Assembly: GCA_012295275.1 (NCBI GenBank)
Contig: CM022672.1
Span: 32,550,001-32,614,000 of the forward strand
DNA from: Chrysomallon squamiferum
Taxonomy: Eukaryota > Animalia > Mollusca
Length of the DNA: 64,000 nt
Direction of reading: 5' to 3'
Part shown: positions 22,923 to 38,187 of the stretch, in pieces
How the letters are laid out: every line of letters begins with the position of its first letter
Numbering within the stretch: position 1 is the stretch's first letter
Translations under genes and position numbers: made by a program
Notes under the pieces: model-generated
The model's input: the letters and a program-made list of their open reading frames with translations, nothing else
Database searches by the model: none
What the model was told of the DNA's origin: nothing

Positions 22923-24258
22923 AACGACCGCCTGGCAGGTGACCACTTTGATGTTTTAGTGTATTTGTCAACATAGCATCCATTTTTTTTTAATCCACTC
23001 GTCTTGCCAAACACTTGCTGGCTATTCTGACCAGTCTTACTGAACAAATCTTTTCCATTTATTTATTTATTTATTTATTTCTTAGCCTCAGCATCCATGC
23101 TCAGCTTCAAAAGTTTTGTTGACAGTGTCAGACACTTATGCAAAATGCACACGAATTTATTACAGAGCCATGCTGGCCACCGACTGCAGAGCACGTGATT
23201 TTTTTAACTACAAAATAACAAATTCTGTGCGTTTTTTGTTTTGCTTTTGTTTTGGGTTTTTTCGGTATATATATCACAATTTCACTGTCCAGTAATGTGA
23301 CGAATACAGTAAATAATGTTTGTATCAAATTTGTTCACTAAAAAGAAGTCAGTAAACGCAATTTTCTTGCTTGAAAAGGGGCGGTAAACAAATTCGAATA
23401 TAGCCTCGTATTTTTTCCGTCTATTCAAACGAACGACTGGTAAATCATTTGAATTAACATAATGAACGTTATGTAAAAAGATGGTGTCTTTCATGTAATA
23501 AATAAAATACAGATACAACTTTATATTTTTTTCAAGAGTGTGAGGGCCACTTCACATCGGTTCTTTACATACGCAGACACGAAACGGAGTCTATAAAAAT
23601 ATTAGTGAAACATACCTTTCTCAACCATACCTAGCCAGCTCTAATAGAATAACCCGAATCAGTGCATTATCACTATGCTGGATTAATCCACTTAGGAAAT
23701 CTGAGGATCATGATTTTTTTTTAAAATAATATTTTTACAGTTATGAAGTATCAAAAGCCTTTTAACAACCTTAAAACTTTGCATATCTAGAAAATTAAAT
23801 AAATAAATAAATAAATATCGTAGCAAAACAAAACACAACATAAGAAAAGGAAAGAAAAACAGAATAACAAACTACTACGTCTTCTGCTGCTACTACAACG
23901 GCTGCTTCTTTTTCTTACTATTTTTGTTTCTCATTGTTATTTTTGATGTTCTGGTTACGGTTGTTGTTGTATTGCTGTTGTTGTCGTTGCTGTTTTGTTG
24001 TTATTGTTTAAAACGAGAATGTTTAGCAGTTTATAGCATAATTTGCATATGAAAGTTTCTCTTAAAATAATTATGCACCACTAAGTCATTTTATTTCATT
24101 TTTATTTTTCAGTTATATTCTTTCTTTCTTTCTTCAGTTATTTCATTTTTTTATTTTATTTTACTTTTTGGTTTTCTTATTTCACTGTATTCTTTTCATC
24201 TTCTTCTTTTCCAGTATTCAGTTTTTTCCTTCTCTCTCTTTCTTAATTTCAGATATTA

Positions 24259-24334
<76 letters not shown>

Positions 24335-24419
24335 GTATTAATTTACTTATTTATGTATTATTTATTTATTATATACTTTTTTCCACGTTGTTGTTGACGT
24401 AGTTGTCGTTGTTCAGAAG

Positions 24420-24778
24420 GAAAAGGTTCTTCTTTCATCGTGATGGATTGTAAAGCTTCAGTTGTTTGTGCAGTGTTTCATGTGACTGTGAAAAGACAAG
24501 GGGGTATGGGTGGGGTGTGACCTAGTTTGTTAACTGGTTTAAACGCTGCAGGCCGAATTGAAGGCAATCGATAAACGAGTTGTCATGGCAGCGAAACACA
24601 TACTGTCCTTTATTTCAAATTATTTATAATTTTATTTTATTCTATTTTATTTTGTTATCTTTAATTATTATTATTTTTATTATTTATTTCTCTTGTCAAT
24701 TGTTTATTTCCAAAGCTATTTATAAATTTAGTGTTTACAGTTTATTTCGTTTTCTTTCTTTCGTTTGTGCGTGCGAGT

Positions 24779-24814
<36 letters not shown>

Positions 24815-25539
24815 CGCGCGCCTGTGCCTCCATGTTTTTTAGTCTGCTTGTGTTTGTGTTTATGTACGTTGTGTTGGTGTTCCAGTCCGAGTTTTTCGAC
24901 AAGCACAATGAATGAATAAATAAACAGAGAAATAAACAGAGAAATGTTTATTACGAGTCTGTTGTTCAACCGACTTCATTTCCGTCATGAGTATCTGCTT
25001 TTTGGTTTCATTATTTGATCTATCTATCTATCTATATATTATAAATTATTTTTTTTAAATTGATTTATTTCATTTTATTTCATTTTTTCATCCTGTTTCG
25101 TTCTTAATTCGATTATTTTTAATTATTGTTTTTGTTTTGTTATTGTTTGTTGTTGTTGTTGTAAAAACAAGTTTTTCTTTCATTAGGAAGAACTGTAAAG
25201 CGTCAGTTGTTTGTTCAGTGTTTCTGGTGTAATTTACATCATTTGTGAGTCACGTGAAACAGTCGGGTGGGGTATGTGGGGGGTAACCTACTTTACTAAT
25301 TGGCCGAATTGCGGTCGATCGATAAACGAGTTGTCATGACAGCGAAACTCAGTTACTGTCTTTTGTTTTTTATTTCATACTATTTGTTATTTTATTTTAT
25401 TTTATTTTATTTTATTATCTTTCTTTAATTATTATTATTGTTACTATTTCTTTCTTTTTTTTTTATTTGTGTATATTTCCGAATTTATTTATAAATTTAC
25501 TTTTTTAAAACATTATTTCCTTTTCTTTCTTTCTTTCTT

Positions 25540-25574
<35 letters not shown>

Positions 25575-25765
25575 TACTCGCTCGCACCTTCTTCTGTGTG
25601 TTTCCGTGAGGCTGTGCTCGCTTGTGTTTGTGTTTACGTACGTGCTTTTGTTGTGCGTGCCCGACTGACTGTTTCGTCAAACAGAGTGAACGAATGAATA
25701 AATAAACACAGAGAAATGCTTACTACGAGTCTGTTGTTATTTGTTCAACCGTCTTCATTTCTGTC
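24420..25765 (+). repeat. Two diverged tandem copies (~770-bp period) of a promoter-like cassette; third copy at 56065-56250
   Basis: tgtaaagc.tcagttgtttgt.cagtgttt...ggggt...cgataaacgagttgtcatg[g/a]cagcgaaac at ~24450-24597, ~25194-25348 and ~56073-56246. The downstream tacgagtctgttgtt...caaccg.cttcatttc motif is also repeated. Confidence 0.85.
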
Positions 25766-25767
25766 GT

Positions 25768-25850
<83 letters not shown>

Positions 25851-25969
25851 GTGTGTGTGATGATCGTTATTATTATTTATTTTATTTTTCATTGATTTAC
25901 TTCCGTATGTATTTATAAATTGACTTATTACAGTTTGTTTCGTTTTCGTCTTTCGTTTAACAATACGGG

Positions 25970-26012
<43 letters not shown>

Positions 26013-26014
26013 GG

Positions 26015-26069
<55 letters not shown>

Positions 26070-26655
26070 TGTATGTTATGATGCTGGTGTCGCCGTGGCT
26101 GGCATTTCTTTCATCAGTTTTCTTTTTACGCTGTTGCAGTTCTCATTATTAGTGTTTATTTTTACTGTAACTGTTGACGTCGTTACGGTTGATGTCCTTA
26201 TTTTTGTTGTTGACTTTTCCTGATTTTGCAATGATTATTATTAGAACTGTCATCATCATGATCACCTTCCTGATTTCTGCTGTTGTCAACGTGTTATTGT
26301 CCTTATAACTCTGACGGAAAGTTTTTTCTTTGTTGTTTTTTTTCCTGGTATTTTTGTAATAATAATGATAATAATAATATAATAACAACAACAACAACAA
26401 CAATAATAATAATAACAACAATAATAATAATAACAATAATAATAATGTTATATAGTGATTTTCATTTTTATTATTTCCGTTGTCGTCGTCTTTATATATT
26501 AATGTCATTCACAGAATCAATATAAGCTTGCTAAAAAATCATTATACTTATCAATAACACACAAAGGTCTTCTCCTAATTAATATTATCATCGCTGTCAA
26601 AGTTAACTATTTATTAGCGACAGAAGAGTGTCGCTATTTCACTGTTGTTGTTGTT

Positions 26656-30167
<3,512 letters not shown>

Positions 30168-30189
30168 CTGTATATGATTTTTTCAAATG

Positions 30190-31915
30190 GAATGTTTTAT
30201 TGCTTATATTTTTCATTTATTTTTTTCTTAGTTACTCTTTATGATGACCTACTATAGTCGTTTCCCTTTTGTCAATAATAGAATATTTAATTTTTCATCA
30301 TGTTCGATATCTAATAAAAATAAATATATTATTGAAAATGGAATAAGGATTATTGTAAGCACATGAACGAAACTAGTATAGCTAAGCAACTAGAAAACGT
30401 TATATCTTCACTATTTTGTGATTTGTGTTTATTGTAAATAATAAATGCATTCAGATCAAAAAATATTTGTTTATATTATTAAAATGTATTTTGATTATTA
30501 ACTTTCTTTATTTTCAGTCGTTTTTTTTTTCGACTGTCACTGAAATTTTACCGATTATATAAAACAAGGACAAAACAAAGAGAACTATGAACGCCTTTGA
30601 TATCGCTGATCATGACATTTTGTTCCAGCTGTTAAACGCTGTAAGACTCAGTGACTCGACACTAAACTGGTTTCGCTCCTATTACATGAGCGACATGAGG
30701 TGGAAGAAATCGTTGACGTTACTTTCACTATCGCCACAGTTAGATGTAGCGTTCATCAGTTAGTTTTCTATGCCGACGATTCTGCACTGATAGTGCAAGG
30801 CAGAAATACAAGAGAAATTCAGCTCGAATTTTGAAATGAACCAGAATTAACAAGGATTTGCTAACTGACAATAAATTATCTCTCAACCTGGGAAAGACTG
30901 AGTCAATTCTCTTTGCGTCAAAGACAATCATGTCTTTCTTTAACGTAAAACCCGGTTAACTATGAAACTGTATTTCGTTAGATACAGTTCTTTTAACTAT
31001 ATATATTTTATTAAGGTACTAATGTTATATGTTAATTATAGGCTCTATATATTTGAAACAGACAAAAGATGAAGTAGCGACAAATATTAAATATGTATTA
31101 ATAATTATTATAAGTAAATAATGTGTCTTTAACTGCCGATATATGCTAATAATTAAAGTTCTGTTTGATCATCAGTTAATATTTTTTACAGTAAAATACG
31201 TGAAGACGTTTATTGTAAGACTTTTTTTTTTTTTTATTTGAAGTTACATTTATTATCTTCATTAGGTAGTGTTATTAACAGCGTATTTGTTTAACATAAG
31301 TTCTGTTCACGAAACTACTTGATTCTCCCATGACCCATTCCGCCTTTAATTGATTCAACTGATTCCGCATTTTAACTCAGCTATTCATAAAACCGTAAAT
31401 AATTTAGTTGCGTTTATTTTCTTGTATATTATTTTAATAAATAAATAACTCAAACTGCATTGTTGTTGATATATGTTATTTATCTAGTAAATTATACCAT
31501 CACGATGTTTACGGTTCTGTCACAATTAAAGATTTACTGTCTTAGTATTGTAAACGCCTATATCCCCTAAACGAGGTAACGAGCACCTGAGGCAACAAGC
31601 AATTTCATCAAGACCAATGTACAGACAATGTACAGACAATGTACAGACAATGCACAGACAATGTACAGATAATGCACAGACGAAAATTAAATACTTGTGT
31701 GTCGAATTTTCCCTGTGTTTTGCTGGAAACTGTATTGCACGCAAAATTAATAGTAAAACAAATTCAAATTTAAAGGTTTTTTATATGTTGTCTATCTGGA
31801 AACAAACAGCATGCTAACTTCAACACTAATCCAGTGCTAGATCATCTTTGTATTTTGGACTGACGAAGAAATACTAAACTAGGATAAAATGTAATCCAAA
31901 AAAAAAAAAAAATTA

Positions 31916-31954
<39 letters not shown>

Positions 31955-32281
31955 ATCCTTATTTTTGCAGTCAACCCCTCGCAAATATATTGGAGCAAAT
32001 CAGATTAGATTGGTCAATATACTGCCGGATGGAACTCCGTTCCAAACAAATCAAACTAAATATTGTCCATATTATTCTAAACAGCACAATCCCAGATTAC
32101 CTAAGTACTGTTTTCAAATTAACTAGATACAAACATAATATCAATGCAAGATCCAGTGCAGTGTCTCTTCAGATACCTGAAGTTAGAGCATTTGGTAAAA
32201 ATGCACAGGAATATTGTCTTGACATAAATAAGAAGTGAAATTAAGTGTTTAATACGCAAGTATCTTTCAAAAATGCATGCG

Positions 32282-32295
<14 letters not shown>
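30190..32295 (+). repeat. Duplicated block C, copy 1 (other copy ~61900-64000)
   Basis: Almost identical sequence; ORFs 31990 and 63691 are identical. Confidence 0.95.
30535..32220 (+). mobile_element. Decayed non-LTR retrotransposon (CR1/L2-group LINE) ORF2 remnant, interrupted
   Basis: AFDIADHDILFQLL..V.LSDSTLNWFRSY; VFYADDSALIVQG (RT catalytic YADD at ~30769); LTDNKLSLNLGKTESILF; downstream STLIQC and KQIKLNIVHIILNSTIPDYL...HNINARSS. Many frameshifts and stops. Confidence 0.85.
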
Positions 32296-32335
<40 letters not shown>

Positions 32336-32607
32336 CATATATACACATATATAGACATACTGATAGATATATAGATACAACTACATATACAGAATTAGAG
32401 ACACACATGAATGGATATAGAGAAACGGACAGAGATATAGATAAACATACACAGCGATATAAGTAGTTAGATAGACAGATAGACAGACTGACCATCAGAC
32501 AGCTAGAGAGATACATTTCAATCTACACAGTTCCCGACAGAAAACTAATATTTCGTGAAGGGTTGACGAATTTAATTCCGTGAATTACAAACATTAATGC
32601 TGTAGTC

Positions 32608-32779
32608 TTACTTCCACTGGACAATGTGAATGTATTCTCCCGTGTAGCAGTTCAGTAACTCATTGTCAGTTTTCACAATCAAACTGTCACAACCATGTTT
32701 CTTGATAACACATCCCTCTGGTACATCGATTGGGCCCATTCCCACACTCGAACCATAACTGTGTGTGTCAAACATATCA
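32608..32779 (-). CDS. Terminal coding exon of a small Cys-rich protein, beta-microseminoprotein (PSP94/MSMB)-like
   Basis: Open frame (DMFDTHS)YGSSVGMGPIDVPEGCVIKKHGCDSLIVKTDNELLNCYTGEYIHIVQWK* after cag acceptors at 32780 or 32759. Cys spacing and the IVK..D....C motif resemble the MSMB C-terminal half. Upstream exons not found (minisatellite and gap follow). Confidence 0.55.
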
Positions 32780-32814
32780 CTGTTTTTATTACTTTATTAC
32801 TATATTACTACTAA

Positions 32815-34101
32815 GAGTTGACCACTACTAACCACTGTTACTAATACTACTACAACGTTGACCACTACTAACCACTGTTACTAATGCTACTACGATGTTG
32901 ACCACTACTAACCACTGTTACTAATACTACTACAACGTTGGCCTACTAACCACTGTTACTAATACTACTACGACGAGTTGACCACTACTTACTAACCACT
33001 GTTACTAATACTACTACTACTACTAATACTACGAGTTGACCACTACTATCCACTGTTACTAATACTACTACGAGTTGACCTGTTACTAATACTACTACGA
33101 GTTGACCACTACTATCCACTGTTACTAATACTACTACGAGTTGACCACTACTATCCACTAATACCACTACCCACTGTTACTAATACTACTACGAGTTGAC
33201 CACTACTAACCACTGTTACTAATACTACTACGACGTTGACCACTACTAACCACTGTTACTAATACTACTACGAGTTGACCACTACTACCACTGTTACTAA
33301 TACTACTACGAGTTGACCACTACTACCACTGTTACTAATACTACTACTACTACCACTACTATCCACTGTTACTAATACTACTACGACTTTGACCACTACG
33401 TTAGTTGACCACTACTATCCACTGTTACTAATACTACTACGAGTTGACCACTACTTACTAATACCACTGTTACTAATACTACTACGACGTTGACCACTAC
33501 TATCCACTGTTACTAATACTACTACGACGTTGACCACTACTAACCACTGTTACTAATACTACTACGACGTTGACCACTACTATCCACTGTTACTAATACT
33601 ACTACGAGTTGACCACTACTACCACTGTTACTAATACTACTACGAGTTGACCACTACTATCCACTGTTACTAATACTACTACGACGTTGACCACTACTAA
33701 CCACTGTTACTAATATATTTACTACGAGTTGACCACTACTAACCACTGTTACTAATACTACTACGAGTTGACCACTACTAACCACTGTTACTAATACTAC
33801 TACGAGTTGACCACTACTATCCACTGTTACTAATACTACTACGAGTTGACCACTACTATCCACTGTTACTAATACTACTACGAGTTGACCACTACTATCC
33901 ACTGTTACTAATACTACGAGTTGACCACTACTACTACGTTGACCACTACTATCCACTGTTACTAATACTACTACGAGTTGACCACTACTATCCACTGTTA
34001 CTAATACTACTACGAGTTGACCACTACTATCCACTGTTACTAATACTACTACGAGTTGACCACTACTACCACTGTTACTAATACTACTACGAGTTGACCA
34101 C
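32815..34101. repeat. 39-bp minisatellite (ccactgttactaatactactacgagttgaccactactat), runs into the gap
   Basis: Head-to-tail copies without spacers; produces spurious VVVLVTVDSSGQL ORFs. Confidence 0.97.
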
Positions 34102-34301
34102 NNNNNNNNNNNNNNNNNNNNNNNNNNNNNNNNNNNNNNNNNNNNNNNNNNNNNNNNNNNNNNNNNNNNNNNNNNNNNNNNNNNNNNNNNNNNNNNNNNN
34201 NNNNNNNNNNNNNNNNNNNNNNNNNNNNNNNNNNNNNNNNNNNNNNNNNNNNNNNNNNNNNNNNNNNNNNNNNNNNNNNNNNNNNNNNNNNNNNNNNNNN
34301 N
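34102..34301. other. Assembly gap (200 N)
   Basis: Run of N. Confidence 1.
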
Positions 34302-35219
34302 GTCTGATTTGTTTTAAGCAAAGCAATTGTACAGCATATATTAAATGACAATAAAATACAAAATACCTTCAAATTTCAAAATGTCCGACTACTTGTGTAT
34401 AATGCGTCTTGTTTGTGAGTGGTTTACCTAGAACTGACGCCTTTCTGCTTGACAAGGTCACTGAAATATTTTCTGTGTCGCTGTTTACTAAGTCGTCTGC
34501 TGATAATCACGTGATTGTCTGCTGATAAGTCACGCCACGTATGGCGGAAGATACATACACTTTGTGCAAACCTGTCATACAAAAAAAGAAAATATATATA
34601 TATATAATTTTTCATTACTAATTTTTTCTGTAAACTATTTAGCTTTATTTCTCAGTCAATATATTGATTAAAAAGTTATCGTTAAGAAGTGTCTATTAAG
34701 TAGGTCAGATAAAAACAGCGTGTCAGTTGTATTGGCGACAAGAAACGTTATACTACGATCGTGAAAAATGCAATGTAATGGTGAATCAGAATACATGGGA
34801 CACTCCTTTATTTATTTGTATGTGTTATGAGTCAGAGTGATCTAAACACAGGTGTGACAAATACTACCTTTATTATATTTAGTATAACAAAAATAGCTTT
34901 GTTGAAATACTAATACTTATACTCACCATTGTGGTAAAATTGTTTGTTTATTTATTTATTCATTTATTTATTTGTTTCACTTTTTAATTTATATGTTGGT
35001 ATTTTTATTTATTTATTTAATTTTCTGTCTATTTTTCTTTTCTTTTATTTGACTACAAATGATACAGTATAATATATAATACAACTAAAACAAGCTAATA
35101 AAAGAGTAAAAGTAAATTAATGTGTTAAAATACAGAAGTCTCCACAACATTAGTAAAAACCACCACAACAACAACAACACCAACAATAATAATAATAACA
35201 ATAATAATAATAATAATAA

Positions 35220-35250
<31 letters not shown>

Positions 35251-35399
35251 AAGAAGAAGAAGAATTAACATGTTTTAGAGGTATTTGTTCACATAAATAA
35301 ATTAACCTGTTTTAGACATAAAAAAAATATTTGATCACATAAATAAAAGTATATATTATTGTAAGAAACACAAGAAAACAAAATAGAAAAATAGATCAT

Positions 35400-36890
35400 A
35401 ACGAGAACATGCGTATTACATTTTCACTAAACATATTACAAAATTCACATTTAACTGAATCTTTTTATACGATATAATACCAAATGTTTGTTATTAAGAC
35501 AAATCATAAATTCTTGTACTGAAAGTATCTAAGCTCTTTGTTTGTAGTTAGCTTCCCACCATTTGTCACAGAACTCTGTACCAAATTTATGCTTTTCTCT
35601 TTTCTTTTCTTTTTTATTAATAGCTAGCAACAACACACTATAAATATAAAATTGTGGTTTTAAGTTATATTTTCTTTTCTACAAAATGGAATGCATGAAA
35701 TCCAGTTGTCGTTAGCAAAAAGAGCTTTTAAAAATAAAATTCCTTTCTTTGCCACTGTCTTATAATAAGCTGATTTATTATCAGTTTTAATGCAAACATT
35801 ATATTATATCTGTTGACGTAGTATTTTTATCTTGTCCCTTATGCTTTCTCATTTCTCTAGAAAGTTTGACCATATGTGTAAAAGATTTTTCCAAAAGGAA
35901 TTTGTGCGTTTCAACAATTTCGCTTCACTGTAGGCTGACCCTAAAACTAATGTCAGTGAAGCTTTTGATTATAAACAGTTACTCAAAAGAGAGACAATGT
36001 CTTGGCTAAAATTTATATCTTGAATCCACGATATCGTCAACGCATTAAAAAGTAACTTAACAATTATTGCTCTTAAACAACCATTTTGATAATAGTCAAA
36101 TAACTGGGCAGCGGGTGTTTGTTTTTTTCTAGCTATTTTATCAGGTTTTTTATTCCAAATAAACTGAAAGAAATAGGTTTCTAATATTTTAACGAAACAG
36201 ATTGTTCGATTTGGCAAGGAAGAAAAAAATAAACAATTTTCGATAAAACTAAACTTTTTATTGCAGTAATTTTTTTTAGAAGAGACTAAGAACATTTTGA
36301 CCATCGTTCAAGCAGCCTTTTAACCTCATTCGACTTTGCATTAAAGTGTAATTCTTGTATTTGATACAGATCCGTGGAAAACCGTACTCGAAGTATTGTG
36401 AATTCTGTAGTCCATTTTAATTTTTGATTTGATCAGATTATTTTTATGATTAATTTGGTCTTTCCCTAAGTTTATTATATTTGTTTGATACGCATTAACT
36501 TTAAGACCAGAAACATCGATCAAACATTTTGTTTCCGCAGATGCTCACAGAGTTTTATCACACCAACCTAATAGCAATATTGTGTCGTCGGAGAAATGTG
36601 AAATTTTGAATTCATTGCCGTTTATCTCAATCGCGTATATATATATATATTACTTATTTCTTACCAAGATTCCAAGACTCTCAACACACAAAATGAAAAC
36701 GCAGTGAAATAACAGATCCCCTTGTCTATATCCTGTGTCACGTTTTAAGCGTTTAGTAATTTATATATAAACACGATTCCTGTTTATTAGAAAAGGTTGA
36801 TATCCATGTTTGATTTGAAACTCCAAAGTAAGAATATGTTGTTGTTGTTGTTTAATAATTAATAATTAATCGATTTTGTATCAAAAGCTT
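35400..36890 (-). mobile_element. Decayed L1/Tx1-group LINE ORF2 remnant
   Basis: GYRQGDLL...FILCVESLGILVRN; IEINGNEFKISHFSDDTILLL (degenerate YADD); SGLKVN; FFQFIWNKKPDKIARK...DYYQNGCL....K...NALTISWI. Confidence 0.85.
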
Positions 36891-37092
36891 TTATTCAAAA
36901 TATACAATTAATTAAGAATAAATTCGAAACGCTAAAGGGAAAAAACTCAAGTTTTCTCTCTATGCAAGTGATATAGGAATTATCTCCCTCTATATCAGTA
37001 AACACTTTTGTTGTGTGCTAAACGAAGACTGTGAAACACGACGTGTTTAATAATTCGACGTTTACTGTGAATGGTGATCATTAAATAACAGG

Positions 37093-37179
<87 letters not shown>

Positions 37180-38030
37180 GCTGTTGTTCCTGTTGTTGTT
37201 GTTGTTGTTATGATTATGATTATTACTCAATTGCTAATAGGAATTACTCTGTATGATCTATATTAATACACTGTTGAAACAGAATAAAGTGTATATTATA
37301 TACACCGATATGTTATATTCCTTTAATACTTCATACTTATGAAAGGTTAGTTTAGAAAAAAATAATAACAAACTCAGATGGAAGGTGGAGATCTGGCTAC
37401 TCAGAGCTCACGAATCTACTTTTAAATGTAGCCTCGCAATTGTATGTGTTGTTGTCTCTGTCTCTCTGTTTGTGTTAATTTAGGATTGAGTATTTTTTTA
37501 TGTATGTTTCATTAGTGTTTTGATAATAGTACGGCGCTACCACAGGAAGACAAAGTCTGATAACGACCTCACAAACCTCGTCAGATACCGCTGACAACGT
37601 CACCGTTCGGCCTTGAAGAGAACCTTGAAAAGATTGCCCAGTAACTGATGGTAATCACCGCTTCCCACAAAGCACGCTGTATTTTGACTTTCGTTATTTC
37701 TGTGTGCATCTGTGTTTTCCAGGAAACATGGGACTGGCAAGTTGAATATTCCATTTCTGTATGTGTCGTCAGAAGTTAGAGCCAGGTCTTAAGTGCATAT
37801 ATAAATATAAATACATGCTTTAATCCCTCGTATGTATGAGTATGTCTGCGTGTGAGTATATTTAGGTGTATATCAATGTATGTATGTATGAATGAATGAA
37901 TGTCTGCTCGACGATTTACTCATTGAAAAGTCATTAACTAATCAATCAATTATACAGAAATAGCAGAATCATAGAACCTATAAAATTTGGAGTTATCAGC
38001 TTAACAAACTTGTCTACTTCTAAATTTAGT

Positions 38031-38187
<157 letters not shown>

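Noticed and set aside
32815-34101. 39-bp array as CRISPR or as a repetitive protein (VVVLVTVDSSGQL)n
   Set aside because: No spacers; frequent indels break the frame; typical minisatellite.
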